Shown here: in pieces, positions 28,651 through 42,198 of the stretch
How positions within the stretch are numbered: the first letter of the stretch is position 1
Layout of the letters: each line of letters opens with the position of its first letter
Source of the DNA: Octopus vulgaris
Taxonomy: Eukaryota
Direction of reading: 5' to 3'
Assembly (NCBI GenBank): GCA_951406725.2
Contig: OX597837.1
Location: 40,114,001 to 40,178,000, forward strand
Length of the DNA: 64,000 nucleotides
The notes under the pieces: model-generated
Told to the model about the DNA's origin: nothing
The model's input: only the letters and a program-made list of their open reading frames with translations
The model's database searches: none
Position numbers and translations under genes: made by a program

Positions 28651-28768
28651 CCTATTTCTTTACTACCCACAAGGGGCTAAACACAGAGGGGACAAACAAG
28701 GACAGACACACAGATTGAGTCGATTATATCGACCCCAGTGCGTAACTGGTACTTATTTAATCGACCCC
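28651..28768 (-). mobile_element. SINE family B 3' fragment
   Basis: CCTATTTCTTTACTACCCACAAGGGGCTAAACACAG.. Confidence 0.8.
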
Positions 28769-28991
28769 TGGTATACATGGGCGACTGCTGCTCTGCGGTA
28801 AACAACGATGCCTGGACCGGTGCATCGGAGAGTACTTCCTAGGTGCAATTCCATGGATATTCATGACTGAAGGAAGTCTTAGTATACTTATGCACACTGA
28901 TTTACACATACATATATACATACATATTTACATATATATATATATATACATACATACATACGTACATATATACATACATATATATATATAC

Positions 28992-29048
<57 letters not shown>

Positions 29049-29154
29049 GAGCGATAGATAGGTAGATAAATAGATATATATAGGTGTATATTGGTGTGTA
29101 GGTGTTTGTATGTATACATATGCTATATGAATACTCAGACCAGCATTCATATAC

Positions 29155-29250
<96 letters not shown>

Positions 29251-29444
29251 GTACACATTGAAGCACATACTCAGGTCTAACATCAAAGGATGGATATATA
29301 CTTAATAGTTAAGAACAATAAAACTTCGAAACCAAGGCAACTGTTAATGGTCTCCAACGGAATAAAAAAAAAGCCAAATCATAATTAAAAAAAGAAAAGA
29401 GTGTAAAAACATTTAATTTATTCATATATCATTTTTAGTTTATA

Positions 29445-29730
29445 CTTTTTATTATATTTTTATTATATTTATTATATGTTTTTATATGTTTTATTATATT
29501 TTTATTATATTTATTATATGTTTTTATATGTTTTATTATATTTTTATTATATTTATTATATGTTTTTATATGTTTTATTATATTTTTATTATATTTATTA
29601 TATGTTTTTATATGTTTTATTATATTTTTATTATATTTATTATATGTTTTTATATGTTTTATTATATTTTTATTATATTTATTATATGTTTTTATATGTT
29701 TTATTATATTTTTATTATATGTTTTTATAT
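29445..29730. repeat. 42-bp AT-rich minisatellite, about 6.5 near-perfect copies
   Basis: Unit TTTTTATTATATTTATTATATGTTTTTATATGTTTTATTATA (14-aa periodicity in ORF track). Confidence 0.9.
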
Positions 29731-30039
29731 TCTGGTTAATTCGGTGGATTAAGTGTGCTCAGCGGTTTTGTGCCGCGACTTTAGTATGTGAGTGTTCAGC
29801 GATGTGTGAAGTGTGAAGCGTTGGGAGAATGGTGGTTGTGAAATGAAGCGAGAGGTTGTAATCTGCGGGGAGGAAAGAGAAAAAAAAAAATTCTGTCGTG
29901 TTCTAGAAAAGGAAGAAATCAGCCAAGGACGAAACGCTCGGTTTGGTAAAGTAAAAAATTGAGATGGAATAAGTAAATTGAAAGGACGAGGATATGGCGA
30001 TGGCTGCAGAAGGACAAAGTCGATAGTGATATTGATGAT

Positions 30040-30766
30040 GGCGAAGGTGATGGTACTGATGATGATGATGATGAGGAGGAGGATGATGATGATGGTGGTG
30101 ATGGTGGAGGTTGTGATGATGATTGTGGCGGTAGTGATGTTGAAGACGATGATAATGATGGGGATGGTGACGTTGTTGTTAGTATTAGTGGTGGTGTTGA
30201 TAAGGATAATGCAGATAGTGGTGGTGGTGGTGAAGGTAGCGGAGTGGTGGTGGTGGTGATGATGATGATGATGATTATGATGATGATGATGATGATGAAT
30301 GTGGCCGTGATGATGAAGAGGAAGATGAAAGTGAAGATGATGCTGATGACTTACGACGACGAGGAATAAGAGGACGACGATGATGATGATGATTTTGAAT
30401 ATGACGTTGGTGATGATGACGATGATGATGGTGAATGATTTGTGTGATGATGACGATGATCACAGCAGTGTTGCTGCTGCTGATGAAGCTGAAGTGGAAG
30501 TTGATGTTGACGATGATGATGATGATGATGATGATGATACCTATAACAATAATGGGTGAAGCTGATGATGAAGATGGAGATGATAAAGATGATAATGGTG
30601 ATGATGATGATGATGACGATGTTGATGATGATGATGACGGCGAGGTCGATGACGATGATGATGATGATGATGATGGAGATGATGATGATGACGATGATGA
30701 TGATGATAATGTTGATGATGATGATGATGATGGTGGTGATGATGATGATGATGATGATGGTGGTGG

Positions 30767-30864
<98 letters not shown>

Positions 30865-30940
30865 TCGCCCTCAACGATACCCACCACCACAACGATGACA
30901 AAGGTACGGAAAACGATGACGATGTTGATGACGACAACAA
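30040..30940. repeat. (GAT)n-rich low-complexity tract
   Basis: Direct reading. Confidence 0.9.
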
Positions 30941-31502
30941 CGGTGGCAGTGGTCAAGAAGCTGACAAAGAGGTCTTCGAGGATGTAGATGTGCAAGAGAG
31001 TTCTTGATGATGGCGGCTGAAGAGATACCAACTTCGCCTTCCAGAAAGAACTTAAGAGCCATTTACATAGAGTCTATCGATCTGTTGATTGATTGAGCCA
31101 TGATCGATGGTGCAGTTCCTCACACCAAACTACGATAGCGTAGTTTCTCACGTAGATTCTGACACGTAACACCGACACTCTTTCCTATTATTTCGCAGTT
31201 TGGTTTTGCAGATATTGGAATCATTTCTCAGACAAAGAGGGAAGTATCGGGAACTGATATATTGCAATCGTAGAAGAATTGTTTGATTGCCACTGCAGAA
31301 GGTTTTGAGGTGGTCGATAGAAACGCTAACAAGAGGGTCAAGCAACCTTCCCTCAGAACATACCTTATTGTTTTATATATATATATATACACATATACCG
31401 GAGTAAACACATAAATGTGAAACAAGGTGGAAAAAAGGGTACTCAAATACCAGTGGTAGAGTAATATGCTTTATTTAAAGCAACAGAAAATTACAACAAA
31501 AC

Positions 31503-31540
31503 CTGTTACTCTGAGTTTCCCGTTGCCGTTCATCGGACAG
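31503..31540 (-). ncRNA. Minimal hammerhead ribozyme candidate (inverted twin of 31556-31593)
   Basis: Exact reverse complement of the plus-strand motif. Confidence 0.65.
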
Positions 31541-31555
31541 TTTTTGTTAGAAAAA

Positions 31556-31593
31556 CTGTCCGATGAACGGCAACGGGAAACTCAGAGTAACAG
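31556..31593 (+). ncRNA. Minimal type I hammerhead ribozyme candidate
   Basis: CTGT-CCGATGA-ACG-GCAA-CGG-GAA-ACTC-A-GAGT-A-ACAG. Confidence 0.65.
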
Positions 31594-31604
31594 GTTTTGT
31601 TGAA

Positions 31605-31657
<53 letters not shown>

Positions 31658-32737
31658 ATATATATATATATTACTCTTTACTCTTTTACTCTGTTACTTG
31701 TTTCAGAGAGGAGTAATGTAAGATGTCACGCAATGAGATTGAACTCGGAAATATGCAGTTGGGAAGCAATCTTCTAACATAGAGCCCCACACATACACAG
31801 AATCATAATCACACCAATATTTACATATATACACATACATCGATTGAATATAAGCATATATTTCACAGGATCTAGCGAGGTTGAGCTGGAACTGAACGAC
31901 AACGCCACCAACACTAACACCACCACGACCAGCAACACCACCAGCGCCACCATCGGCAAACAGAACAACGACAATTACTGCAATATCATTTTTAAGATCC
32001 ACTCGTTTTCCGAAACATCATCTCAAAATATATAAAATAAGTAAAGTTGACGTTTGGACGGCCGTCTGTTGCTTGAAGGTAAGAACTCAATTTACAGTGT
32101 CTACGCGATCAGAAGTGACCCGTGGCTAAACAAAATCAAGAACAAGAACAACAACAACATCAGCAATAATAAGTGCCAATAATAGCATCAACAGCAGCAG
32201 CTGTAACAACAACAACAATAACAACGAGCAGAAGAACAACCTCAGAAATCGCCATGTTTGTCTATATCGTAAGTGAAATGTTGGAGTTAGTGTATATCTT
32301 AACGTTAGTCTTCTTGCTAAATGACGGTACATATAATTACTACATACATATTTCTGTCTGTCTGTGTAGTCAGCATGGAGACGGAGGTATGTGTGCGTGT
32401 GCGGGGGATTTAACAAAATAAATCAAAATTCCAAATATTATAGATTTTTTTTTTTGAAGTATGTGCGTGCATATGTGTGATGTGTGTATACGTGTGTGTA
32501 TATAAAATTATAGGTTTGTATATATGTATGTCTGTATGTCTGTATGTATGTACGTATATATATATATATACATATATATATATTATATATATATTATACA
32601 TTTATATACATATGTAAATACACACACACACGCACTCACACACACACAATCAAACATTCAATAAAAGATGTACACAGGCCCATACACACTTTAGACACCT
32701 CTATATATAAGCATATACACGCACTTGTATATAAATA

Positions 32738-32783
<46 letters not shown>

Positions 32784-32821
32784 TATTTATATATATATAT
32801 GTATATATATATGTATACATG

Positions 32822-32853
<32 letters not shown>

Positions 32854-33420
32854 TATATTACATTTATATGTATACATATGTGTATATATATGTATATATA
32901 CCATAAGTACATACATGAAGTTACGTATTGAGGTCTATATATTATATGTATGTATGCATGAATGTACGTATGCATGCATGTATGTATGTATGTAAGCGTG
33001 TATGTATAAGTCTAAATGGATATATGCGTGTGTGTATATGAGTACAACATTGTGTGTGTGTGTGTGTTTATTCGCGTTTGTTTTTGTATTCGTGTTGATG
33101 TGCGCATTTGTGTAGTCATGTGCGTGTTGTGCGATTTCTGATACCGGTTTTCCAAAGGGAGAGGAGAGAAGAGAAAGAAAAACAACAACAACAACAACAA
33201 CAAGAACAACAACAAAATAACAGAATCTTTCCATTTATTTATCTGCAAATATGATTATCCTAATATGTATATTATTGAAGCATCAAACAGAAATTATCCG
33301 ATGATACGATACGAGTGAGGATTAGAAATCGATGAAAAGATAGATCGGGGGAAAACGTGTGTGGGACGGCACGAAAGATAAAAAAAAACACACACACAGC
33401 TATTTTACACCGATACCATA

Positions 33421-33422
<2 letters not shown>

Positions 33423-33509
<87 letters not shown>

Positions 33510-33658
33510 GTATATATATACATACATATATATAAACACACACATATGTATGTACGTATATATGTATATATATATGTATATATATATATGAATATATATA
33601 TGTATATATATATTTATATAATTATATATATGTATATATGTATATATATAGATATATA

Positions 33659-33715
<57 letters not shown>

Positions 33716-33856
33716 AAATATATACATATGTATATATATATATATACATATTCATATATATATATATTTATACATGTATATATATATGTATATATACATA
33801 TTCATATATATATATATATTTATACATGTATATATATATATATGTATATATACATA

Positions 33857-33898
<42 letters not shown>

Positions 33899-33932
33899 CA
33901 TGTATATATATATATATATGTATATATATTTA

Positions 33933-33980
<48 letters not shown>
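33423..33980. repeat. Long (TA)n-rich microsatellite
   Basis: Direct reading; similar tracts at 6720-7590, 26790-27060, 28900-29250 and 34660-34915. Confidence 0.95.
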
Positions 33981-33981
<1 letters not shown>

Positions 33982-34576
33982 GCATAAATACGTTAATACG
34001 CACACAAACACAGTTAATCATGAGTTAGAAAGAAGCTGAAAGTCGAAAAAGTCGAAAATAAAATGGCGGCTAAAAGCAGTTAGCTAATTGGGGAGGTTCG
34101 GCAGGACTTTGTAGCTTTCCCTATACCCGCCAAAATGGAAGTGAACCATTGAAGCGTTGCTTAATTTTCGCTCATTATTCTCTGTATAGAGGAGTTTACA
34201 ACAGCATCTATGAAGATATCAGGAGTATATTGGTGTATTGGTGCTTCCATATTTTATTCTATTCAAACTTGCAGCTATCGTTTTTTCTAGACTTCCTGTC
34301 GTTTCTTGTTAAATCGTAAAATTGGAGAAAAAACATCTATAATTTCACATGCGCACACCAAACATACATACACACAAGCACACTCACACTCACACAAACA
34401 GACGCACAGACACACACAAACACACACATGCGCACACGCACGCTCGCACACACAGTTGCAGATATATACAAATATAAACTCTCACTCTCACTCACACATT
34501 TTATCTTATATCTCCGTCGGTTTCCCTCTCTCTCTCTCTCTCTCTCTCATATACATGAATTCATACATACATATAC

Positions 34577-34610
<34 letters not shown>

Positions 34611-34661
34611 GTGAGTGTGTGTGTGTGTGCACATACATACATACACGTTTACATACACATG

Positions 34662-34832
<171 letters not shown>

Positions 34833-34833
34833 T

Positions 34834-34922
<89 letters not shown>

Positions 34923-35151
34923 GATGTCCAAAAACGTCCTTATCTGTATACTTACATATATCTGTTAATCTATTAGTATGTGTATATTCGAGTATGTGTG
35001 CGCAGGAATATATTTATGTATACATACATGCTTATATACGCAGATACATACGCGCATATAGACACGTATATGTCTGGCGCTACTGGATGCGTTTTGTATC
35101 TAAACAGATTGGCTTCTTATATTCTCTGAGATAGGTCAATTGATGCGGACA

Positions 35152-35192
35152 CCTCTGACGAGACCTCAATAAGGGTCGAAAATCGATTGAGG
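35152..35192 (+). ncRNA. Minimal hammerhead ribozyme, probably inactivated (G17)
   Basis: CCT-CTGACGA-GACC..GGTC-GAA-AA-TCGA-TT-G-AGG. Confidence 0.6.
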
Positions 35193-35327
35193 CTGTTCAT
35201 TATTTTTTTTCATTCAACACGGAAATAGTTAGCTTTGCCATGATTATATGTCTGCTACATAGACTGACTTATATTATATCATACCTTGTTATTGTGTTGA
35301 CTAAAATACCCGTCAACGAGTAACTTA

Positions 35328-36045
35328 TCTACATAGATAAAAGCGAAATTCTGTCTGTCTGTCTGTGACTCTTATATCTCAGTGTACATTTGGTCTACAA
35401 AGACATATTATACCTTTTTGGAATAATGATGACCTCTGGAGTAAAAATCTGCATTCTATTTGGTTCTCGAACATCCAGCATTGGGGGCTGTTTTAAAAGC
35501 ATTTGGGTTGCTGTTTCTAATAGGTAAAATTTGACCGATCCTCTCCATCTTGGTTAGTGTTTGTCAGAGGACGTCAGAAACCAAGGGAGAGAGAAATGAC
35601 ATTCGCTTCGTTACTTTAATGTCAAGATAAGAACTTTGGGACAAATTGGGCAACAGTCGGAATTCGACTTCGGGCAGGAAGAATAGAATGGTTACATTAC
35701 AGAATTAATTCTCATTCGCCCTTAACGTCTGATCAAACGCTACTGGAGTATATTTTCATGACAGACGTATTGCAGTCATGCTGTTTAGCTCTCTTTAGTT
35801 TGGGACTACAGACCAAATATCTTTCTGTACGAGCTAGAATGAAGGTCTGTACGGAGTGCGGGTTTTGCGCTGGAATCAAATAAAGTGATGGAAGCTTAAT
35901 GTATGCAAATTGCTAACTTCAATTCTTTGAAGCTATTGGTTTTGTTGTGTATATAAACAATTTGGCTGCCTATGTTTGCTGAGTTTGGTCAAGGGAAGTA
36001 CACTCCTGTGATGGAACCCAGTAAGAGTGGACGGGTGTCCAGCAT
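35328..36045 (+). mobile_element. Probable degenerate non-autonomous Helitron
   Basis: A|TCTACATAGATAAAAGC..(CTGT)n start like the other Helitrons; 3' end uncertain (GGACGGGTGTCC hairpin). Confidence 0.4.
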
Positions 36046-36660
36046 TTATTAATCTATAGGGAAATAGTTAAATTTACCATTTTTGTATCTCTACTACAAA
36101 TTGGCAGTTTTGTGGGTCTGTGTGTGCATGTATGTATGTGTGTGTGTGTTCGAGTTCTTTTTACGCATCCTTTTCTTCGCCTGAGGTAGATTTATTCGAC
36201 TAACTCTGCAATTCGATGCTCCAGCGTGGACGCAATTGAATGACTGAAAGATATAAGAGAGAAGTGATGTAATGGTTCGAAATTAATTACGATAATTACA
36301 GACATTTAATGGAGAATTCAATAATAAATAAGTTAAGAATCTTTAAAGATTGAAATTTATTGGAATTATAACCAAACGAATGCATCTTATCTCGATATGA
36401 TGGAAGCTGCAATGGCCTTATGTTTCCATAGTAACTAATTAAAACCAAAGAAATTGAAACCGTCGTGAGCGATCGACTGGAGAAGCAGCATGTTAAAGCC
36501 AAACCAGTTGTGACTACCACGAGAGACGGAGCGGCGAATCCACTAAGTTCTGGGAGAAAATAAAAGATCAAAGGCGATGCATGAGGCATGGCTGGGTGGT
36601 TAAGAGATTCACTTGGCAAACACGTGGCTCCGAGTTGGGTCCTACTGAACAACAACAGCA

Positions 36661-37013
36661 GGAGGCGCAATGGCCCAGTGGTTAGGGCAGCTGACACGCG
36701 GTCGGAGGATCGCGGTTTCGATTACCGGACCGGGCGTTGTGTGTGTTTATTGAACGGAAACACCTAAAGCTCCACGAATCTCCGGCAGGGGTGGTAGTGA
36801 ACCCTGCTGCACTCTTTCACTACAACTTTTTTCCTGTTTCTGTTGTACCTGCATTTCAAAGGGCCAACCTTATCACAATCTGTATCACTCTGAGTCTCCC
36901 CGAGAACTACGTTAAGGGTACACGTGTCTATGGAGTGCTCAGCCACTTGTACATTAATTTTACGAGCCCGTTAATTTTTTGGAACCCTCGTCGTCTAACC
37001 GACGGAATGCCAC
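36661..37013 (+). mobile_element. SINE family C, tail variant 1
   Basis: GGAGGCGCAATGGCCCAGTGGTTAGGG head; tail GGAACCCTCGTCGTCTAACCGACGGA; homologous to 58804-59193. Confidence 0.85.
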
Positions 37014-37849
37014 AAGAATTTCTCAGAAAGGGCGGAGATCTGGCCGAATCGTTACCACGGCAGGGAAGATATTTACCAGTTTTTGAGTCCGTCATTACTT
37101 TCTGAGTTTAAGTTCCGTCGAGGTTGACTTTGCCTTTCATCATTTCGGGGTTGATTAAATAAATACCAGTTGAACACAGGGGGTGGATGAAACATACTCT
37201 CACCCTCCCCTGAAACTGCGGGCCTTGTTACAAATTTTGAAACTATTATTAATTTCTCAGAAATCAAAAAAGAAGAAAAAAACACCGTGACTCCAAAATC
37301 AAGAGACAAAAACACGAAAACGGCACCTTCTCATAAAGTCATGACGGCGTGCAGAAAACTAATAAATGTGAGTGACTAAAATTATGAAATAATGTCCATC
37401 TTTTAAAGCTTTGTAACTTTTATTTATTATCAATTTCTCAATAAAATGGTTGCGATATTTCACAATTGTCATGAAAAAATATAGCTGACTAGAAAATTTC
37501 CAATTAATTCCAAAGAAATGTGGTAATCAGAAATGATCCCGAAACAATATTGAAAACTGGAAAAAGAAAAAAAGAAAGAAAAATTAAGTAAAGATCGGAA
37601 TTAAATTCAGATTAGATTAAGTTATAAAGAACGGCTGAAATATTTAATTAAGTTAGTAATACTAACGTATGTTAATAAAGTTGAGAATTTTCGTTAACGA
37701 AATAAAATGACAGTTATTAAATAGAAGGATAGAACTTACACTCGAATGGTACGAGCAGTCTTAAACATATCTTTGGAGATCTCATCTCACCAAGAAACAG
37801 CTCTATGGAGGCGGCGAGCAGGCAGAGACCTTAGCACTCTGGGTGAAAG

Positions 37850-38602
37850 GCAGACGAAATACCTATTTCTTTACTAGCCACAAGGGGCTAAACACAGAGA
37901 CGACAAGCAAGGACAGACAAACGGATTAATTCGATTATATCGACCCCAGTACGTAACTGGTACTTAATTTTTCGGCCCCAAAAGGATATAAGGCAAAGTC
38001 GACCTCGGCGGAATTTGAACTCAGAACGTAGCGGCAGACGAAATACCTGTTTCTTTACTACCCATAAGGGGCTAAAGGCAGAAGGGACAAACAAGGAGAG
38101 ATAAACGGATTAATTCGATTATATCGACCCCAGTACGTAACTGGTACTTAATTTATCGACCCCGAAAGGATGAACGGCTAAGTCGACCTCGGCGGAAATT
38201 GAACTCAGGACGTAGCGGCAGACGAAATACCTATTTCTTTACTACCCACAAGGGGCTAAAGGCAGAAGGGACAAACAAGGAGAGATAAACGGATTAATTC
38301 GATTATATCGACCCCAGTACGTAACTGGTACTTAATTTATCGACCCCGAAAGGATGAACGGCTAAGTCGACCTAGGCGGAAATTGAACTCAGGACGTAGC
38401 GGCAGACGAAATACCTATTTCTTTACTACCCACAAGGGGCTAAACACAGAGAGGACAAACAAGGACAGACAAACGGATTAAGTCGATTATATCGACCCCA
38501 GTACGTAACTGGTACTTAATTTATCGACCCCGATAGGATGAAAGACAGTCGAAATACCACTAAGCATTTCGTCCGGCGTGCTAACGTTTCTGCCAGCTCG
38601 CT
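37850..38602 (-). mobile_element. Tandem array of about 4 SINE-B bodies (about 182-bp period)
   Basis: GGCAGACGAAATACC..GGGGCTAAA..ACGGATTAA..GTCGACCTCGGCGGAA repeated; single head at about 38550-38602. Confidence 0.85.
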
Positions 38603-39193
38603 TTCTATGAACGACAGAATAAGGACAGACCTTATGAAAAGTTATGTCGACAACCAACACACGCCATAGACCTTCATTTACCTACTACAAGCCAAAGACT
38701 TCATTTTAATCTTGATAGACTGGAAGGAAAGGAGCCTGGATTAATGATTAGGGAATTTGGCTCATAATCGTAAGGACATTCCCGACGGCGCGTTTTGTCC
38801 TTGAGCAAGACACTTCATTGCACGTTGCTGCACACCACTCCGCTCGCAACATTAAGTAGTACCTGCATTTCAAAGGGTTATCTCTGTCACATTCTGGGTC
38901 ACGCTGAATCTCCCTGAGGACTACGTTATTAAGGGGACGTGTGCTTGTGGACTGTTCAGCCACTTGCAGGTTAATTTTACGAGCAGGTTGTTCCGTTGAT
39001 CGGAGCAACTGGGACCCATGTCGTCGTAACTGACGGAGCAACATGAAATTGAATGCCTTGCTCGAGGTCACGACGCGCTGCACATTCAAGTAATTGAACC
39101 GACGGCATTGTGGTCGTGAGCCACGCACTATAACCACTACGCCATACAACTGGATTCGAATTTTATCTATTTATTACAAGTTATTCCTACATC

Positions 39194-39781
39194 ACATAAG
39201 GGGCATCAGCCATCTGAATGTGGCTAGGGACAGGGCGGGGTGGTGGGGGTGTTACTGATGCATTTAGCCCCAGGCGATCATCGACGTCACCAGGAGGGCT
39301 GACACCATAATGCATCAGTAACACCCCCACCACCCCGCCCTGTCCCTAGCCACATTCAGATGGCTGATGCCCCTTATGTTATAGAGCAGTTACTGTTTAT
39401 ATCTCGTCTAGAGATTTATTATTGTTTTCGAACGGTTTTTCTACATCAGTGACTGTGTTTACTGTGAAAATCCTTATATATATGGCCTGTAGAGAGAGTC
39501 ATTCGTCGGAGAACGGTGCTTACCATGCGTTGATAAGAGGCAATTACCTCGAAACCTGGTCCGTATGTAGTATCCGTATCTTCGGGGAATGATCTCCCTT
39601 TGCAGGCTAGAGGACACCGAGATGGTGTCAGCCCTCCTGGTGACGTCGATGATCGCCTGGGGCTAAATGCATCGGTAACACCCCCACCACCCCGCCCTGT
39701 CCCTAGCCACATTCAGATGGCTGATGCCCCTTATGTTATAGAGCAGTTACTGTTTATATCTCGTTTAGAGATTTATTATTG
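39194..39781 (+). mobile_element. Hammerhead-carrying non-coding retroelement (retrozyme/Penelope pLTR-like): 357-nt period, 1.3 copies plus 115-bp inversion
   Basis: TSD TATTCCTACATC at 39182-39193 and 39782-39793; 39309-39425 repeats as 39666-39782; 39194-39308 is the reverse complement of 39622-39736. Confidence 0.75.
39524..39567 (+). ncRNA. Type I hammerhead ribozyme candidate, U3-A8 core variant
   Basis: CATGCG-TTGATAA-GAGG-caatta-CCTC-GAA-ACC-T-GGT-C-CGTATG. Confidence 0.75.
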
Positions 39782-40165
39782 TATTCCTACATCGTTTTTA
39801 CTTTAATAAAACTGTCTAGAACCAACCTTCTGAATGGCGGGTGTCATATTCACATAAAAATAGTAAAAATTTGTGATAGACAAGAAGGAATCATAGAAAT
39901 GAGACTTTGTCTGATAAATTCATCATCTCCGGATTTAAATTTGTTTAAAGATTAACATCTGGTTATTTCTCCAGCGTATAGCATGTGTGTTGCACCTGTA
40001 CCTTGAGGGTCGATTTGTAATTTTCTGTTAATAAAGATTCTGGAGATAATCTTCGATAGATGAGATGTTTTTCGAAAATTTTTGTTTGAAATTTTTTTTT
40101 TATGAAGTGGTTGTCTGTATGTCTAGTGTTTCTTGTAGTGTGCTGTGTTCTTCATATACAAATAC

Positions 40166-40204
<39 letters not shown>

Positions 40205-40342
40205 CTCTCTCTCTCTCTCTCTCTCATACACAGACATATAAATTTATCGGTGTGTGAGTGAATATGTCTATATATAGATCACAAAAAAGACATATAAACC
40301 TATGTGCATACATGTGCGTATATATATATATATATATTCTCC

Positions 40343-40673
40343 CTTTACTCTTTTTTACTCTTTTACTTGTTTCAGTCATTTGACTGTGGCCATGCTGGAG
40401 CACTGCCTTTAGTCGAGCAAATCGACCCCAGGACTTATTCTTTATAAGCCCAGTACTTATTCTATTGGTTCTTTTGCCGAATCGCTAAGTTATAGGGACA
40501 TAAACACACCACCATCGGTTGTCAAGCGATGTTGGGGGGACAAACACAGACACACAAACATACACACACACACCCATACATATATACAACGGGCTTCTTT
40601 CAGTTTCCATCTAGCAAATCCACTCACAAGTCTTTGGTCGACCCGAGGCTATAGTAGAAGACACTTGCCCAGT
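40343..40673 (-). mobile_element. SINE family A, 5'-truncated
   Basis: Reverse-complement match to family A body and tail. Confidence 0.85.
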
Positions 40674-40745
40674 GTCGTTATGCAGTGTTCATTATGCATC
40701 AGATTAATGAGAGAGGGAAGATGGAAGATATGAGAATTTTTATTA

Positions 40746-40860
40746 ATCACGACAATCGTTTCGACACATCTAGCATCAATCCTTCACGGGTCGGATACTT
40801 AACAACTGTTTCAGAAGCATCGGATGGTGCAACTGTCGGATGCAACTGTCTTCGGGTGAT
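40746..40860 (-). ncRNA. Hammerhead candidate, ATCAC/GTGAT family (5' arm of stem II lost)
   Basis: Minus ATCAC-CCGAAGA-...-AGATGTGTC-GAAAC-GATT-GTC-GTGAT. Confidence 0.5.
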
Positions 40861-41520
40861 AAATAGATACAACACGTTAAAATAACAGTTCAGCAATGTA
40901 TCTTTCCATTTCGTGTAAGATCAAAAATACAATAAAAAATTCTAAAAAGAAACGAGCACGCAATACAGCGAGAAAAGTATAAAAATAACCGTTAAAGTAT
41001 ATGGATGCATAAACGCCCTCGCGTAAGCTGTTTGGTGCAGAATGTACACTCACTCATACAAGCATCCACGAAGATGTAAGCACATGCAAACGTGTGGTTT
41101 GGCTCACACACGTTCACATAGCGAGATAAACAGCTGCTTGGTGTTTATAAGTATGGGCAAGTTAATTCATCCATTCCTTAAAATAAATTATGTGAACAGT
41201 AAACCCAAATTCATTCCCATTGCATTGTGCGAAAGTACATTTATACGCGTGTAGGCATCTTGAGAGTATTTCAGATATTCTCTTAATGATCTTCTCATTG
41301 GTCCACAGAATAGAAAGGGACTCCTCGGAGCAGTGTCGGCATCTCCTGGAAATTATATTTTATGGTTTTGCGTGCCTTACTGTGGAGCATCTTATATTAT
41401 ACTTAATTTTATCTTCCTTCAGTCGCCCACAAAATTGGCCAAAGATGTTGAATATCTCTCATGAGAAGATAAATTGCGGAAGTGTTTTTTTTTTTTTTTT
41501 TTACCGAGTTGTATCTATTT

Positions 41521-41626
41521 ATCACCCGGAGAGACACATCTCCACCATCGGATGATTGCTAACCTGTTGTTACGTATCGCAGCCTTGAGTGATCAATACT
41601 AGACGCGTCGAAACAATCATCGTGAT
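41521..41626 (+). ncRNA. Hammerhead candidate, ATCAC/GTGAT family (decayed)
   Basis: ATCAC-CCGGAGA-GACACATCT...AGACGCGTC-GAAAC-AATC-ATC-GTGAT. Confidence 0.5.
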
Positions 41627-42062
41627 TACTAAAATTCTCGTACCTTCCATCTTCCGTCTTTCATTTACCGCGGCCACTAACGTTATTATTTTTTGGAATA
41701 ACAATGTTCTCATATATACACACACAAGGAAAGAGAAAGATGAAAAGATATACATTTGATTTATACGACTAAAGGATATATTCGTGTAAAACAAATTTGT
41801 TTTTTCGTCTTTTCTCTTTCCTTGTATATTCAACCACGTGGTATTAACAGCCATATTTTCTGTCTCATATTGATATAAATATTTCGCCCGGCAAGCTAAC
41901 GTTTCTGCCAGATCGCCGCCTTAATAAATGTATTATATTCGTTTCTACTCAAGGCAAATGCCTGAAATTTTGGAGGAGGGGGGCGGGTCGATTAGTTCGA
42001 TCCTAGTACACAACTGACACTTAATATATGTCTATCTATTTATCTCTCTGTCGGTCAGTCTG

Positions 42063-42142
<80 letters not shown>

Positions 42143-42152
42143 TGTCTGACTC

Positions 42153-42198
<46 letters not shown>

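Noticed and set aside
33295-33345. CCGATGA...GAAATCGATG
   Set aside because: No adequate stem I or II; G at the cleavage position
39800-40150. Possible GIY-YIG C-terminal remnant on the minus strand
   Set aside because: Only vague similarity across stops, and it lies outside the TSD-bounded unit
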